Assembly: GCA_027078545.1 (NCBI GenBank)
Contig: JALWXN010000004.1
Location: forward strand, 1,024,001-1,088,000
Source of the DNA: Nitrososphaeria archaeon
Lineage (GTDB): Archaea; Thermoproteota; Nitrososphaeria; Geothermarchaeales; JDFR-13
Reading direction: 5' to 3'
DNA length: 64,000 bases
Shown: positions 61,652-64,000 of the stretch, piece after piece
How positions within the stretch are numbered: the first letter of the stretch is position 1
Layout of the letters: every line of letters begins with the position of its first letter
Translations under genes and position numbers: made by a program
The notes under the pieces: model-generated
Seen by the model: only the letters and a program-made list of their open reading frames with translations
The model's database searches: none
Told to the model about the DNA's origin: nothing

Positions 61652-63502
61652 CTAAACATCGTCGACCACGAACCTCCTCTCAGACCCCTTCTTCCGCTTG
61701 ATTACCCACTCCATCGCGTCATAGACCTTCATATCCCTGTCACTCCCGGGAGGCCTCACAGTGTCTCCACATATGTTTATCGTCTTGAGGACCATTGGGA
61801 AGACCGATCTGATGTTGTGGTAGACCACCCTACCCCTCCCAAGCTTAGCTATCAACTCCCTAAACATCCTCTTATTCTCAAGCCCGGAGATTACGGCGTT
61901 AATATCCGAGTCGTCGGTAAGCTGGAATATGAACATCGCCCAGAGCATGGATATTACGTCACTATCCAGGTCGCCCGGCTTCTGGTCGATAGGTACAACG
62001 ACGACACCATACTTCCTATACTCCCTGGCCAGGCGCCCGAAGACCGTGCTCTTATCCTTCTCTAGGAATCGGTGGGCCTCCTCAAGATAGATGACCAGCT
62101 TATGATACATCCCACTAGGCTTTTTAGGAGCCGCCATCAGCTCATCGATCCGATCCATGATCTTCTTGGCGAGGATATTGGCTATACTCATGTATACAAC
62201 CACATTCCTACTATACCTGCCGCCCAAGTCTATCGTGACATGCTCACCCCTATCAACCAGCAGCCCCACAATGTCATCATATAGCTCAGCGTCATCCCAT
62301 CTAAAGGATATTGGTAGACCCCTGAGGTTGTAGATCCTCCTCTTCAGAGCGCCTATCGACTGCCTAAGCCCCGACATATCCCTACCACTCAGTTTACCCT
62401 CTAGTTCCTCCATCAGCTCCACCATGTCTTTTGCCAACTCGCCGGGGGAGGCGCTACGCGGGAGGTCAATAAGATTCTGACGTAGCAGGAGGCGTGCAAG
62501 GCTATCTGCACTACTCCTGCTGAAGTATAGGAGGGTGAGTGCCCAGTGCTCAGGCTTTATGAGGAGGTCGGGCAGCCCCTCCGACTGTCTAATTTTATTA
62601 ATATCTTTTATTGCCTCCAGTACCTTGGCCCTGTATACCTCGAGGTTATGGATACTCACCTCGGTGGGTGAGAGGGGCTCGAGGATCGTGGCCAAGGTGT
62701 CCACGGAGACGTCGTATAGGGGGATACGTAGTATACCGTCGCCACCAACCTTATTATACTCGTCCTTGTCTACGCAGTAGATATAGACATACTTCTTACC
62801 GTTGACCATCTTCATCCTGGCTGAGGCTCCCTGGCAAACCTGCTGGTGCCTATCGTCTAGGAGGTAGTATGAATACTCACCCTGTACATCGAAGACCAGT
62901 AGTGTAAGCTTCTCCTCGTGATGTAGATATCCGTGGACATATGCGTTGAGTATCAGTAGGTTCGCGAGATACGTCTTCCCAGTCCCCGCCTTGCCGAAGA
63001 TGCCGAAGCTCAGCTGGTGGAGGTCATAGATGTCATCAGCAACGATGACCTCCTCACCCGTGACGAGGTCCAGCATCCCGATGGGGAAATACCTATCGAA
63101 GTCAGCCTCAGGTATGAACCTCCTCGCCAAGGGGCCCTGCTCCATAGGGACTATCGAGCCGTGCTGCGGGATGCTTGAGACCTTGGAGGCCTCCCCCAGA
63201 GCAACGTCATACTCGGCTAGGGGGATGACGGAAATACTTGGGGAAGCCACCTCCTCCCTAATATACTCCATATAGGGCTCCTGTAGGGCGGTGCCCTCGA
63301 GGATCCTATAGATCTTCATATGGCTCTCCGGGACACCATATCCAATGTCGAGGACCACGCCTAGGTATAGCTTCTCCCCACCCTCCACAACTATCACCCT
63401 ATCCTTCTCAACCTGCTCCAGCCTAGCCTCTGGCGAGAGGTCAATAACTATACCCTCCGAGATCGAGGCCCCCCTAACCCATCCAAACACCTTCCTAGAC
63501 AC
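61652..63502 (-). CDS. herA: HerA-family DNA translocase with N-terminal HAS barrel
   Basis: GKAGTGKT, FDVQGEY, EEAHRF, AREYRKYG, DQKP; start GTG 63502 after a GGAGGT SD. Confidence 0.9.
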   Translation of the reverse strand: MSRKVFGWVRGASISEGIVIDLSPEARLEQVEKDRVIVVEGGEKLYLGVVLDIGYGVPESHMKIYRILEGTALQEPYMEYIREEVASPSISVIPLAEYDVALGEASKVSSIPQHGSIVPMEQGPLARRFIPEADFDRYFPIGMLDLVTGEEVIVADDIYDLHQLSFGIFGKAGTGKTYLANLLILNAYVHGYLHHEEKLTLLVFDVQGEYSYYLLDDRHQQVCQGASARMKMVNGKKYVYIYCVDKDEYNKVGGDGILRIPLYDVSVDTLATILEPLSPTEVSIHNLEVYRAKVLEAIKDINKIRQSEGLPDLLIKPEHWALTLLYFSRSSADSLARLLLRQNLIDLPRSASPGELAKDMVELMEELEGKLSGRDMSGLRQSIGALKRRIYNLRGLPISFRWDDAELYDDIVGLLVDRGEHVTIDLGGRYSRNVVVYMSIANILAKKIMDRIDELMAAPKKPSGMYHKLVIYLEEAHRFLEKDKSTVFGRLAREYRKYGVVVVPIDQKPGDLDSDVISMLWAMFIFQLTDDSDINAVISGLENKRMFRELIAKLGRGRVVYHNIRSVFPMVLKTINICGDTVRPPGSDRDMKVYDAMEWVIKRKKGSERRFVVDDV

Positions 63503-64000
63503 CCATACCCACCTCCATGAAGACACGTGTGATAGTCTCGATCACCTTGATATCGTTCCCACTATTCCTGAGGAACTCCTTGTAGAGCTCCGGCAGGGTG
63601 AGCCTCCTACCCAATACCCTGGATAGGTAGGCCGCCAGGTTCCTAACGAGGATCATATCCCTCAGGTCGAGATACCTGAGGAAGCTTAGGTCGGGCTCCT
63701 CACCGAGCAGCGAGGCGACCTGGTCATCGGGGAGGAGATAGACAGGGTTGTGGGGCTTCACGAAGAGCCTGAAGCTCCTCTGGATATTTCCTGCGCTGTC
63801 CACCTCGTATATGGGATGGGTGGTGAAGAGGAACTCGTATAGCCTAGTAGTATCCACATTCATGATGGAGGATCTATTCAGCCTAGGCTGGAACTTACCC
63901 GCATACTTCGGGTCTATCGCCTTGGACCCGGCCACCACTACTACTCCTCCCTCCCCAGTATCTATGTATAGGAAGTTGCCAGGCCTCACCCTGTCCAGCC
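63495..64000 (-). CDS. Stand-alone HAS-barrel-like protein (partial, 5' end outside the window)
   Basis: RPGNFLYI..., KPHNPVYL, DLSFLRYL, helical C-terminus; overlaps the herA start; frame open to the window edge. Confidence 0.6.
   Translation of the reverse strand, partial: LDRVRPGNFLYIDTGEGGVVVVAGSKAIDPKYAGKFQPRLNRSSIMNVDTTRLYEFLFTTHPIYEVDSAGNIQRSFRLFVKPHNPVYLLPDDQVASLLGEEPDLSFLRYLDLRDMILVRNLAAYLSRVLGRRLTLPELYKEFLRNSGNDIKVIETITRVFMEVGMGV

Noticed and set aside
1-64000. CRISPR array, tRNA/rRNA genes, IS elements or integrases, ORB origin repeats, inteins
   Set aside because: I saw no repeat-spacer periodicity, cloverleaf with a T-loop, transposase motif, ORB cluster with cdc6, or oversized host protein. 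This was by eye only.

Overview
This is a gene-dense, GC-rich chromosomal segment from a thermophilic archaeon, probably TACK/Thermoproteota-related (rpl13e, tetraether synthase, TrpB2, tungsten AOR, PINA ATPase, archaeal TATA promoters). It holds about 62 CDSs, mostly housekeeping or peptide/amino-acid fermentation: AOR, 2-oxoacid:ferredoxin oxidoreductase, SdhACDB, three aminotransferases, two S9 peptidases, GuaB, NadE, RNA modification enzymes and lipid enzymes. I found one clear C/D-box guide sRNA and no tRNA, rRNA, CRISPR array or transposase. Most notable: (i) a HAS-barrel-HerA-Mre11-Rad50 operon with a bacterial-like HerA and no downstream NurA; (ii) TrpY divergent from trpB2, with four TRP-box-like hexamers at 10-bp periodicity over the TATA box; (iii) several enzymes with eroded catalytic motifs (TtuA PP-loop, tandem ThyX, Lys-less PLP fold); (iv) a bacterial-type RlmD/TrmA m5U methyltransferase; (v) a GC-rich three-hairpin element in an intergenic region; (vi) a compositionally atypical ABC-exporter island near a SPASM radical SAM gene. 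All family calls come from motif recognition by eye, not database searches.
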